Origin: Podarcis liolepis
Taxonomy: Eukaryota
Length of the DNA: 64,000 bases
Assembly (NCBI GenBank): GCA_965112155.1
Contig: OZ218100.1
Strand: one strand, 5' to 3'
Shown here: positions 53,763 through 64,000 of the stretch, piece by piece
Position numbering within the stretch: position 1 is the first letter of the stretch
Layout of the letters: every line of letters starts with the position of its first letter
Made by a program: the position numbers and the translations under genes
Notes under the pieces: model-generated
What the model was told of the DNA's origin: nothing
Seen by the model: the letters and a program-made list of their open reading frames with translations, nothing else
Databases searched by the model: none

Positions 53763-53898
53763 TGAAGAAGTGTGCATGCACACGAAAGCTCATACCAAGA
53801 ACTAATTAGTTGGTCTTTAAGGTGCTACTGGAAGGAATTTTTTTATTTTGACTATGGTGTATATCTGAAGAAGTGTGCATGCTCACGAAAGCTCATAC
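53762..53898 (+). ncRNA. Two tandem hammerhead cores 103 nt apart
   Basis: CTGAAGA at 53762 and 53865, each followed by stem II, GAAAGCTC and ATACC. Copy 1 lacks the stem I 5' strand; copy 2 has one stem II mismatch (CTCAC). Confidence 0.65.
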
Positions 53899-54121
53899 CA
53901 AGAACTAACTTAGTTGGTCTTTAAGGTGCTACTGGAAGGAATTTTTTTATTTTGAATATAGATATAGATATAGTTGGAGGGGTAATGCTGAACATTTCTT
54001 GTTGAGGCATATGATGTGGGCTTGTCCAGTGATATAGTCTCTTTGGTCTGAAGTTCTTGTCTGTATCAATTTTGTATTGGCACAATCCTTGAAGTTTGTA
54101 GGTGTCAGTCTATGTTCATGT

Positions 54122-54378
54122 GAGAGCCAGTGTGGTGTAGTGGTTAAGAGCGGTAGTCTCGTAATCTGGTGAACCGGGTTCGCGTCTCCGCTCCTCCACA
54201 TGCAGCTGCTGGGTGACCTTGGGCCAGTCACACTTCTTTGAAGTCTCTCAGCCCCACTCACCTCACAGAGTGTTTGTTGTGGGGGAGGAAGGGGAAGGAG
54301 GATGTTAGCCGCTTTGAGACTCCTTAAAGGGAGTGAAAGGCGGGATATCAAATCCAAACTCTTCTTCTTCTTCTCTTC
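54122..54378 (+). mobile_element. Squam3-like (Ther1/MIR-derived CORE) SINE
   Basis: A box TGGTGTAGTGG, B box GGTTCGCGTCT, CORE GGGTGACCTTGGGCCAGTCAC, L2-like 3' end, (CTT)n tail, TSD TTCATGT (54115-54121 / 54379-54385). Confidence 0.85.
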
Positions 54379-54657
54379 TTCATGTACTTTAAAATTATAT
54401 TTCTGCAGTGTGGGTATTAATGACTCTTATGGTCACTGAGACTTATACTTCAAGCCTGGAAGAATAGATACCCTCTGTCTATCATGCAGTGATCTGAATA
54501 ACTCACTGCCCAAGTTATATTTGAACATATTTCATATAGACTCCAGTTTCATGTAGATACCTTAGTTCAACATCTGGAGGGCTTTTATTACTTGTTATGT
54601 TTAACTTAAGGTGGATTTACAGATAATCACTGTATACTTAATGTGATCTTCTGGTAA

Positions 54658-54714
<57 letters not shown>
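54658..54714. repeat. (TTA)n microsatellite
   Basis: Direct reading. Confidence 0.95.
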
Positions 54715-54715
<1 letters not shown>

Positions 54716-55007
54716 TTATTATAATTTAATGATCATTTAATATAATTTTTATTTTGTTAAATTTGTGAATTAAAAATTAAAACATATGAAAAACCAACTT
54801 GGCTAATATGGCCAGAACTCTCTGTCCCAGGCAGCTCTTTCATCAAGTTGACCATTGGGGATTAGAATAACTATATATAATTGTACTATGTAATTGTCTT
54901 ATGACAATTGAATGCCTCTACTGGGCTACTTTTGTCATTTTTAACTATTATATTTTTAAAGTACTGTTATCCCAATTTCATTTACCTATTTTATTAGTTT
55001 TCTTAAA

Positions 55008-55009
<2 letters not shown>

Positions 55010-55051
<42 letters not shown>
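55010..55051. repeat. (AAT)n microsatellite
   Basis: Direct reading. Confidence 0.95.
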
Positions 55052-55052
<1 letters not shown>

Positions 55053-55701
55053 GCTGGGAGCAAGTACAGATGCAAGAAATTGCCTGCCAAGAGAAGTGCA
55101 GTGTGCTTTCTTCTGATCCTCTGAGCATCAGTAAGTCAACAGCTTGGCTCCCTGAAGGGATTTTGTGTAGAAACATAAAGTTTTGTCTCTGTTATTCAGC
55201 ATTACATTGTCAGCAGCAATGATTAAAAAAATTCCTAAAGCAGGATGCAAATGACAAGGGCAACATATGGGGCCAAGTGGCAGAAGACATTGCAGGCTGT
55301 TCTGGGCTTGGTGTTATAGATATGATAGCAGATGGGATGCTTCAGCAAAACATATATCTTCACAGGGAGTCAACGACTGACGTTTCTTAATCAGAGATTT
55401 CTTCTCTTTAATCTGGTGGATCTGGGAGTGGCACAGTGAGAGATGAGAGCCCAGTGGCATTGCATGGTACCCCATACATTACCTTGGTATAACCAGTTTA
55501 TATTCAGGACCTCATGAGCCACCATACCTGATGACGTAGAGTAATTTCCTCCTTCAATCACTCCATAACCAACTGAGTATGAGGATTTCCTTTCAGTACA
55601 TGGCCTGGTGTGTTGTGTACTTGCAGTCATTTGGAGCTACCACACCACAAACCTTCAACTTCAGTGGACCTGAAGAAGATAATGTAGCTTGTCTGTCAGA
55701 T

Positions 55702-56054
55702 GGGACAGGGGTGGCGCTATGGGTGAAACCACAGAGCCTAGGACTTGCCGATCAGAAGGTCGGCAGTTCGAATCCCCGTGACGGGGTGAGCTCCCGTTGC
55801 TCGGTCCCTGCTCCTGCCAACCTAGCAGTTTGAAAGCACGTCAAAGTGCAAGTAGATAAATAGGTACTGCTCCGGCGGGAAGGTAAATGGCATTTCCGTA
55901 CGCTGCTCTGGTTCACCAGAAGCGGATTAGTCATGCTGGCCACATGACCCGGAAGCTGTACACCAGCTCCCTCGGCCAATAAAGTGAGATGCGCGCAGCA
56001 ACCCCAGTCAGCCACGACTGGACCTAATGGGGTCCCTTTACCTTTTTTTTACCT
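55702..56054 (+). mobile_element. Sauria SINE (Squam1), full length
   Basis: Homologous to 4804-5158; B box GTTCGAATCC, shared CCTGCCAACCTAGCAGTT and GTGCAAGTAGATAAATAGG, ACCTTT tail. Confidence 0.88.
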
Positions 56055-56503
56055 CTTTCGCAGGTGCTTTAGGGTGTCCACCAGGCCAGACAATTCTGTC
56101 TCCACCGCAACTGCCACCTGCAATACTTGCCAATTGTGCCCAAATTCAGAAGCCAGTCGGTGGAGTGAGCCCACCATACTTAGAGAGTATGGCAGAAAAA
56201 CGTGTAGCTTAGGGCAATTATGGGAGACACTCAAAAATTCCTATTCAGTCCCCTTTAAACAGGCAAGTGGCTAATCCCATACTCCTTGGAGAAAGGGTCT
56301 GGTGGAGGAGAGGATGTCCTAGGGACAAGGGGAGCCCTGTCCATTCTACTGAGCATGCTCAAGCCTGGTTCCACCACATCTTCCTTCCTTTGCTGAGGGG
56401 CTAGGGCAAACCCACCACCAGTGAATGCTGGAGGAGTACTCTAATTTTGGCACATGGCAGAAATTATAGTGTTGTTAGGTTCATAAGGACGGAGCCATAA
56501 CAA

Positions 56504-56694
56504 GGGCTGTAGCTCAGTGGTAGAGCACCTGCCTTTCATGCAGGAGATCCCAGGTTCAATTCCTGGCGTCTCCACATCGGGTGGAGATTGTGCCCTGTAT
56601 AAAATCATGGTTAGTTGCTGGGAGTCAGTGCAGATATATTCATCTAGATGGACCAATGGTCTGACCTGGTATAAGACAGCTTTCTATATTCCTA
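56504..56694 (+). mobile_element. tRNA-derived SINE with CR1-like 3' tail
   Basis: GGGCTGTAGCTCAGTGGTAGAGC A box, GGTTCAATTCC B box, followed by body and GATGGACCAATGGTCTGACC tail. Confidence 0.8.
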
Positions 56695-58084
56695 AGATCC
56701 TTAATTAACACAGTGATGTGGTCATATTTTCAAGGCAAATCAGGTCAGTTTATTTTTTTTAAACAAAGCTACTATGAATGGAAATTTAGAATTAGATCTG
56801 CCAGAAGGACCTTTTAAGGCTACCTGCTGGAGTCTAGCTTGTGCAGAGCAATAGCAATATGACTCCAGATTTTGGTACCCAAGACTGCTGCAAAATGTGG
56901 AATCAGGAGTTGGATTGGAGTGACAAGTGCAAAGCTACAATATTATAACTGCCAAACCAGGATTGATATTGGGCATTTTAAGCACTGTCAACGTCAATTT
57001 GACTACACAAGCCAAAAGAACAAAACAAAATCCCTTTTACTGGTGACCAAGGCAATTGTGAAGAAGTTCCTGAGTCAGGAGTACTATTTCTCTGCTCAGC
57101 ATGTATACCAATTGCCAAGCTGTTAAATCTGTAAGAGAAATTAAAATTTTAATAATAAAGTGATTCACAATATAGTCTATGGTGCTTGTATCATATGCAC
57201 GTGCCTTTCTTTTTTTCTTTTTACTCTTGTACTCTGTGATAACCTTCTGCATTTCTATTTTCTGCAGCAGCAATGTGCAACTGTACCATGGGGCCAGTGG
57301 GACAAATTCATTTTGATTGTAAAATTCCATTGACACTAATGGAGTTTTATACCCAGAAAGAGTTTGGCACAATGTCCTTAGATTGCTTTTTATTCACAGT
57401 TTGAATCAGAATTGTTTTTCCCTTGGGGGCAATTGTGATTAAAGATTTCAAAAAGACCACCAATGCTTGGGTTTTATGGTGTGGTGTAAAACAATGGGAT
57501 GTAGGGTTCGCTGTCAGCTAAAATAACAGATTATACAATACGTTTTGCAGCGTGACTTGTAACCTATGCAGGTGTTTTGGCTGCCCAGGTTTGGGAAAGA
57601 GTTTCAGCAGCTGATGGGTTACCATCCTGGGGAAAAGGAGATAGTACTGAGCTAAACGGTCTCTCTGAGGCCCGTGTCAAACGATAGCACCAAATGAAGG
57701 CCATCAAAGCCTGACATTCTTGGCAGTCACTCCGAGACACTGGGATGGGGACTTTGTACTGACTGGGGTACCACCACATTGTAGGGGGTTTTGGTGGCCT
57801 CTCCATCTTTGCATACAAAACAGCTCCAATGTGAGAAAGAAATGGAAAGCACTATCAGCCTCTTGGACCCCATAAAAGTGCCACAAGCTGAGTTGATTTC
57901 CACAGTAATTCCCCACCTCTGTCCTCTGCCACAGAATAGGGCTAAAAGATACGTCCGGGTCTGTGTGATTTTTCTCTGAGCCTGTATGCACAGTATTTTG
58001 AAATAGACCAGTTGCCCACTGAGGAAAGAATAAAGTCATCTTCAAGGTGCGGCATTCTTCATCGTCTGACTGAAAACCTAGATA

Positions 58085-58310
58085 CAGAGGTACCTCGGGT
58101 TACAGACACTTCAGGTTACAGACTCTGCTAACCCAGAAACAGTACCTCGGGTTAAGAACTTTGCTTCAGGATGAGAACAGAAATTGGGCTCCGGCAGCAC
58201 AGCAGCAGCAGAAGGCCCCATTAGCTAAAGTGGTACCTCAGGTGAAGAACAGTTTCAGGTTAAGAACGGACCTCCAGAATGAATTAAGTTCTTAACCCAA
58301 GGTAACGCTG
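58085..58310 (+). mobile_element. Tc1/mariner MITE, family A
   Basis: Slightly decayed TIRs, TA on both sides, same body. Confidence 0.88.
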
Positions 58311-61300
58311 TACAATCTCTGGAAAGCAGTGGAGAACTCTGCTCTGTGGGGTGTTCAGGTCACCTTCCTTCATCTTCTGTTGGGACCCCAAGCTTTCTCT
58401 CGAGGCAATAGAAGAGATTCACATTTCTCCCCGCCCCCTCCAAAAAGAAACATTTTCATATGGATCATTATTTAAATGTGATGCCATCTGAGGTGATACA
58501 ATTACATGAGGCACCTGGGCCTGCACTGTTGCTGAATGTTTGGTATCACCTTATATGCAACACTCTATATCTACATTTCAGAGCCCCATGAAAACACATC
58601 TAAATGCATGCCTAGTGATAGCATCACTTAATGATGTGCTTGTTTGCTTTGCCTTTGTAGATACCATAAGACCAGCTAAGACCTGCCTCTCAGGGCAGTC
58701 ACAGTGCATAGGTACAGTATAGCTGGGAGTCAGATTGTTATTGGGGACATGGAAAGCTACCATAGAATGACAGATCAATGTTCCCTATGGCTCAGTATTA
58801 TTATGATTGGCAGCAGCTTCCCAGAGTTTCAGACAGGAATATTTCCCAGACCTACCTGAATATTCCAGTGGATAGCAGTAACAATACTGCCGAATGCTTT
58901 ATATTTTATTCTTAATGAGAGCCACATACAAAGGAGGGAGGGAGGAAATAGAGTTCATGTATGTAAGTATGATGTATTTATATGGCAGAGAACTTAACTT
59001 TTAAGAGTATTTGAAGATGTCACAATGTAGTATTCTTCATGCCTGCAACAAATACTTAAAAAATCAGCTGTCAATAAAATTCATGCTAATGCTGCAAGTG
59101 AAATATTATGAAACAACATGCATACAGAATGGCTGTAGTCTGCAAACAGTCCAGTGAAGCATTTGGTTTTAATTGACTGGGAGGAATTGAATTAAATCAA
59201 ATTGTTCCAGTTAAAATACTTTGTGGATTTGGATGTCCATTTCTCTATTCCTTTGCTCCTTTGAAAATTTTAGAACCTTATTCCTGTTGACTTCAAAGAT
59301 TCTTTATACTCTCTGAAATTGTGATCAGCAAAGTGACAATCTATAAAGTCAGGAGAGATTGGTATGTATATGTTTTCCTGGTATATAAATGACTGATGTC
59401 CTTCACTGATGTAAAATGTTATCATATTCCCAGCACAAACATTTGGAATGCAATATGCAGAATGAGAGATGTAGTCAGAGAAACTGGTTAAATTTTTATA
59501 TTCTTTATTATATAAAAGTATTCTTTTTTAAAAGAAAAAAAAGGAACTGGCAGCAAATTAAAGTGGAAAGCTCTGCATTTGGTTTGCCCATTATTAGAAA
59601 TGCACTTTCCCATTTTGGATCCAGATTGTTCTCTCTTCTTGGCATTGTCTCACAAATGAGTTGCTTTTTAATCTATACACTATCCATTTATTAAATTAAA
59701 TTGTGAAGAAAACCTTACACTGGAGAAATACTTCTTTTTTTCTAAAAAAAATGAGCGGGAGCTTGCAATGTATTAATTGTTCCATATTTTTTGGCAAGGG
59801 ATAACAAAAGACTATTAAGAGCAGTTCCCAAGCTCTTTTTTTCCTGGGCTTCTATTGGGCGTTGATTGCACCAAGCAGGTTTTCTCTTATCCATTATCAT
59901 GTTACTGTGCAGAGTCTGATCTTCTGTACTGGAGTCAGGGAGAAGTACAAAAACAGAAGTACAAGGGTCAGGCATCTTAACTGGGGAGTGTGGGAGCTAA
60001 AAAAAACTTAGGAAGTATATCAGGCATGGGGACTCATGGGCCCAGAGGTCAAATGTGGCCCTCCAAGTCTCTTTACCTGGCCCTCAGGAACCTTCCTATA
60101 CCACATTCCCTCCCTAACCACACCTACTCTTCTCATCCCATACCCCTCTTCACTTGAGTTCTTTTGCTTGCTTAGAATGTGTTATTGAACTCTGATATTG
60201 CCTTTTGCTTCTCTAGATGGAAGCTCAAAAAAAGTGTGTGTGTAGAAATTAGCCTACTGTAAAAAGGTAAATTGACATTGGTGGTTCCACTTTTTTCTCT
60301 GGCCTTGCCCACCACTGACAGCTGATCCCTCAAAGATTGCCCACAAAGTGGAGGCTGATGGTTACTCATAATTTAGGCAAACACATTCTAGACAAAAGAA
60401 TTTGTCTTTACTTCATCTGTTCTTGGGCAGTAAAATGTTGGGGGGGGGAGCATTTGTGTTGACCCAAAAAGGTGAACTGGTCTGAAAATCCTGCTTGCAG
60501 CATATTGATGGTCAGGATGACCCCCACCTAATTGGTACCAGCTGTAGCACCAAGCTCATCTGTGTTTCACACACTTTCATGTATCCACAGGCTCCTGCAT
60601 AGCTAGAGGGGAAGGATCCCAGGCAATGGTTAATACTAACCACCTATGTTCCCATGTGACATAGCCTGCCTGGGCTTACAAAGATTGTGTGTATTTTTAC
60701 TTGGGTGCAGACAAGCCATCTCCTCGCAGTGGAGTCTGTCCCATGGAATGCTGTAAGCAGGGGCAAGGAGGGAGCCATTGTACCCTTCTTTAATAAACCA
60801 TTATACCTGATCATTCTGGTGGTTTGGGCATCTTTCATTGGAATTCCTGAAAATCTGAACTGCTGTGAGCTCTCCTCTGGCTCTGAAGGACGTTTCAGGC
60901 ATTCCATTGTATGCTTCCCGTCATATGATTTCTGAAGTGTTTATGCTTCGTAGTATTCATGGCTATGTCTGATTGACATTGGTTGATCTCTGAATTCTAA
61001 AATCAAAACACATTTGCAACTTCTGTGATCACAGGTAGTACCTAGGGCAGTCTTTGCCAGTATGATGCCTTTCAGGTGTTTTGAACTACAGCTCTTGGCT
61101 GAGAGGAATCATAGGTCAAGGCACCTGGAGAGGGAAGCATGTTGGTTAAGGCTGACCTAGCATCTGACTTCAGGCTGTGGCTTCTTTTCTGACTTTTAAA
61201 ACATGCAGGCCAAGGGATTGAGCTCATCATTGTGTTTGCCTGCTCTTTTCTTTTTGAAAGGAAACTGTAATGCTGGGGTGGCAGCTGGAAAGAGAGGAGC

Positions 61301-61780
61301 TCTTCAAAATTAGTCCAGCTGCATCTTTATCCTGTTGCAAAATCCAACTATCTGAGATTGCATCAGCAGCGAGCGATTGCCCACATGAGAGAAGGCAGAA
61401 ATGGAGATGCAAAGAATATTCTATGAAACGGACTAGAAATGAGTATTTTTCTTCCTATCACTGGAATAGGAAATTATCCTTTGACTTGTATAGAAAATGC
61501 CATTTTGTTCTTCATCGTTAGTGTTAATCCCCTTAAGTCACCAAAAGTAAATTATTCAGCATGCTGGATTCCTTGCATCTTCATATTCTGAATGACATGA
61601 ATAGTAATGTTAATGTTTTAAAAATACATATACAAGTGGGAGGGGGAAGTACTGCATCATTTATGACCCTCTCTAGTATCGCCACTAGCTCCTCACTGAA
61701 TCAAGTGGGTTTGGTATGTGAAGCAGCTGGAACCAAGGGTAGTCAAACCATGGGAACAAGTGTGAAATGTTGATACAATG

Positions 61781-61908
61781 CAGGGATGGCCCTCCAGATG
61801 TTGTTGGATTCTAGCTCCCCTTGTTGCTGACCACTGGCCATGCTGCCTGGGGTTGATGGGAGTTGAAGCCCAGCAACATCTGGAGGGCCACAGGTATCTC
61901 CATCCCTG
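61781..61908. mobile_element. Palindromic short hAT-like MITE; decayed copies near 350, 9040, 33290, 38665, 43500, 48700 and 61040
   Basis: CAGGGATGG...CCATCCCTG ends, internal inverted repeat GGCCCTCCAGATGTTG / CAACATCTGGAGGGCC. Confidence 0.75.
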
Positions 61909-62819
61909 ATATGACCATAGACATCTTTCTTCTTCAGTGTTATGGTGCCTGTAGCCAATGAAATCTTTGGCACAAAGCCTTTGCTCTGTAATAGATAATT
62001 CTGTAATAGACACTGGATCCCTTGCACTGGTGCAAGGCTCCATTTAGAAAAGCAAGCACTAGGATGTTTTTTTCATCCTGCTACTGCAGATAAAGAGGGT
62101 CACAGGACTATGCCCTGCAAATGGGAATTTTCTGCCATCACTCCTGCCCTGTGGATTGCTATTCCCTCTGTCATGTGTGCAGCACCCTTCATCAGTTGCT
62201 TCAGTTGTCTCCCAAAGACATCTTTTTTTGTGTGTGCTCAGGATTTCCTATAAAACCTGACCCTGTTATTACTAAATTCCTGTTTTCATCCATTTTAAAA
62301 TAACAATATTGTTGTTTTATGTTGTGTTCATCATACTGTCTTATTGCTTTTATGTTGTCTTTTTGCACATCGTTGGAGGTTTCAAAATATTAAGCGGTTT
62401 AGAAATGCTTTTCAGTTAATTAACGCTAGTCTCCCTGGATGGTAGGCTCATGATCCCAAAGGCCAAGTAATCCAGTCCCAGAACTACTGTATCCAATTCC
62501 TTGCCAAGGGTTGAACTGAGTGGGTCCGGAGAGGGTACCAGGGTACATTTCAAGAGCAGCATTAAAGAGAAGACATGGATGGGAATCTGTTTTCCAGAAG
62601 GAAGAGAAAGGAGGGTCAATGCAAGCATAATCCACTTCCACAGGGCTTGCCCTGTGCGTCTCTTACAGCAAAATACTGAAACACACACGTAGTATTGTAG
62701 CCTCTTAAAAACAAACCGATTTTTCTGTGTGAAAGACTCTCTCTCTCTGGGAATATTTCGCTTAGAAGGGGACATCTCTCTCTCCCTTCCCTCCTTAATA
62801 TCTCCTGCAAAAGAAGGGC

Positions 62820-63820
62820 TATTTCTGGGCGAGATCTTGCCTCTGAAACTTCGTGAGGGCGCTTGGCGCTGGCCTGCCTCCCTCAGGAAACGAGTAACTA
62901 ATTGCTCCGTGTGTGTCCCCCGCCTCTTGGCGACGGAGGGAGCGCGCCGGGGAGTCATCAGCGCCCGCTCCGGGGTCGATTAAGCTGCAAGTCACAGCCG
63001 GCAGCCCGAGCCCAGCGGCTCTCCGGGCGCGCCGCCTCTTTCCCGCAGCCACAATGGTTTCTTTGACTATTTATCGACGCCGCACAACAAGGCTGCTGTT
63101 TGCTCTGTCAACAGGAGCCTTTTCAGCTGCGAGGGAGCTGCGAAGGCGAAGCCTCGGCTGCCGTCGGGGCTCTCCGTTCCCTCCGCGTTCCATCCCGCTT
63201 GCTAGCTCTGCCAGTTTCAAGGATCACCTCTCTGTGGAGAGGAGGCAAAAGGTCTCTCAGGAGAGGCGAGTGGGAGATGCAGAACTTGCAGCCGCCGGTG
63301 AGGCTCACCTGAGATAGAGGAGAGTTGCCAGAGAATCCCCCTGGTGTAGAGAGGCGGGTTCCCTCGGAGCTGTCCAATCAGAAGGCAATTCCCTGGGTGG
63401 GAATTGCCGGTTGGCAAGCAAGAGGGCGGAGGGGGGTGCGGACGAAGAAGGGCCAATAGGCGAGGCTCGAGCTGCGGCTGCCGCAGGCCGAGCGCAGAGG
63501 ACAGCTTGGGGATTTCCACGACGGTCTTTTAATGGAAGGCGGACCTCAAGGCTAGGCAGGGGGAAGACACCGCTTATTTCCTATAAACAGTGAAGGGGGG
63601 GGGAATTCCTTGGAGCGAGGTGAGGTGTGCAACCTACAGCTTCTGAACCACAAGTGGGGGGGCGGGGGTTATATGTGGCAGCAGATTGTGTAGTTAGTTA
63701 GCGGGGAGTGGGTGGTGGTGATGAGGTTCAGTTGGCCAATCGGGGGAAAAAAACGCGAGCCATTGTGCAGAATAGCACTGCCTGTCCGGCAAAGAGGCGT
63801 TTGAACGCACGTTACAGACC
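62820..63820. promoter_or_regulatory. CpG-island promoter of an unidentified host gene
   Basis: CpG-dense, TE-free stretch in a CpG-poor window; CCAAT at 63374, 63453 and 63736; GC box GGGCGG at 63424; TATAAA at 63582; kB-type GGGGATTTCC (63508) and GGGGAATTCC (63600); candidate splice donors on both strands. Confidence 0.75.
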
Positions 63821-64000
63821 AGAGGAAGGTAGATCTTGCTAAGAAGCTATTAAATGTCACTAGTCCTCATGATTCTCTGTATGCAATCACACATGCACAC
63901 CCCCGAGGCTCTTCCCCTATTTCCCCCCATTTCTTCAGCTGCTGCCAGGGAGCTTTTCCATCGCATCCAAAGAGTTGTCAACCCCAAGCGCCACAGGCGC

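Larger units (their letters stand above)
53637..53954. mobile_element. ORF-less PLE insertion made of three pLTR copies (one inverted, two tandem direct), each with a hammerhead core
   Basis: Near-identical to 25374-25463. Starts with the same ACAGATAGGTAGCCGTGTTGGTCTGCC and ends with the same TTTTATTTTG as the coding copy. Flanked by AATATAGATATAGTT-type duplication (53622-53636; 53955-53975 with one extra ATATAG). Confidence 0.92.

Noticed and set aside
53662-53954. Repeated ~100-nt units as a CRISPR-like array
   Set aside because: Eukaryotic DNA, no unique spacers, and the units match the PLE terminal repeat.
54658-55051. Complementary (TTA)n and (AAT)n tracts as element termini
   Set aside because: Common microsatellites, no TSD and no element-like interior.
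56504-56575. tRNA-like sequence with A and B boxes
   Set aside because: It runs directly into a SINE body shared with 17788 and 20370, so it is a SINE head rather than a tRNA gene.
62416-63593. Overlapping 60-180 aa ORFs in the CpG island
   Set aside because: No recognisable protein; expected from stop-codon depletion in GC-rich DNA.

Overview
Vertebrate genomic DNA. The repeat content (Sauria SINEs, Squam3/MIR-like SINEs, L2, CR1) points to a squamate, probably a lacertid lizard. I recognise no host protein-coding exon; the window reads as intergenic or intronic DNA ending in a CpG-island promoter (~62.8-63.8 kb) with CCAAT boxes, a GC box and clustered kB-type sites. The only recognisable protein-coding sequence is transposon-derived: a 5'-truncated Neptune-type Penelope-like element (PLE; RT + GIY-YIG, 24009-25463) and a 5'-truncated L2 LINE (51683-53479). 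There are also several solo LTRs, many hAT and Tc1/mariner MITEs with readable TSDs, SINEs and microsatellites. The most interesting signal is catalytic RNA. The PLE terminal repeat encodes a minimal type I hammerhead ribozyme motif (25370-25407). A separate ~318-bp ORF-less insertion (53637-53954) consists only of three ribozyme-bearing repeats, one inverted and two tandem, and has the same termini as the coding copy. PLE hammerheads are a known class; this family, its geometry and its activity are inferred from sequence only. All family names are from pattern recognition, not database searches.
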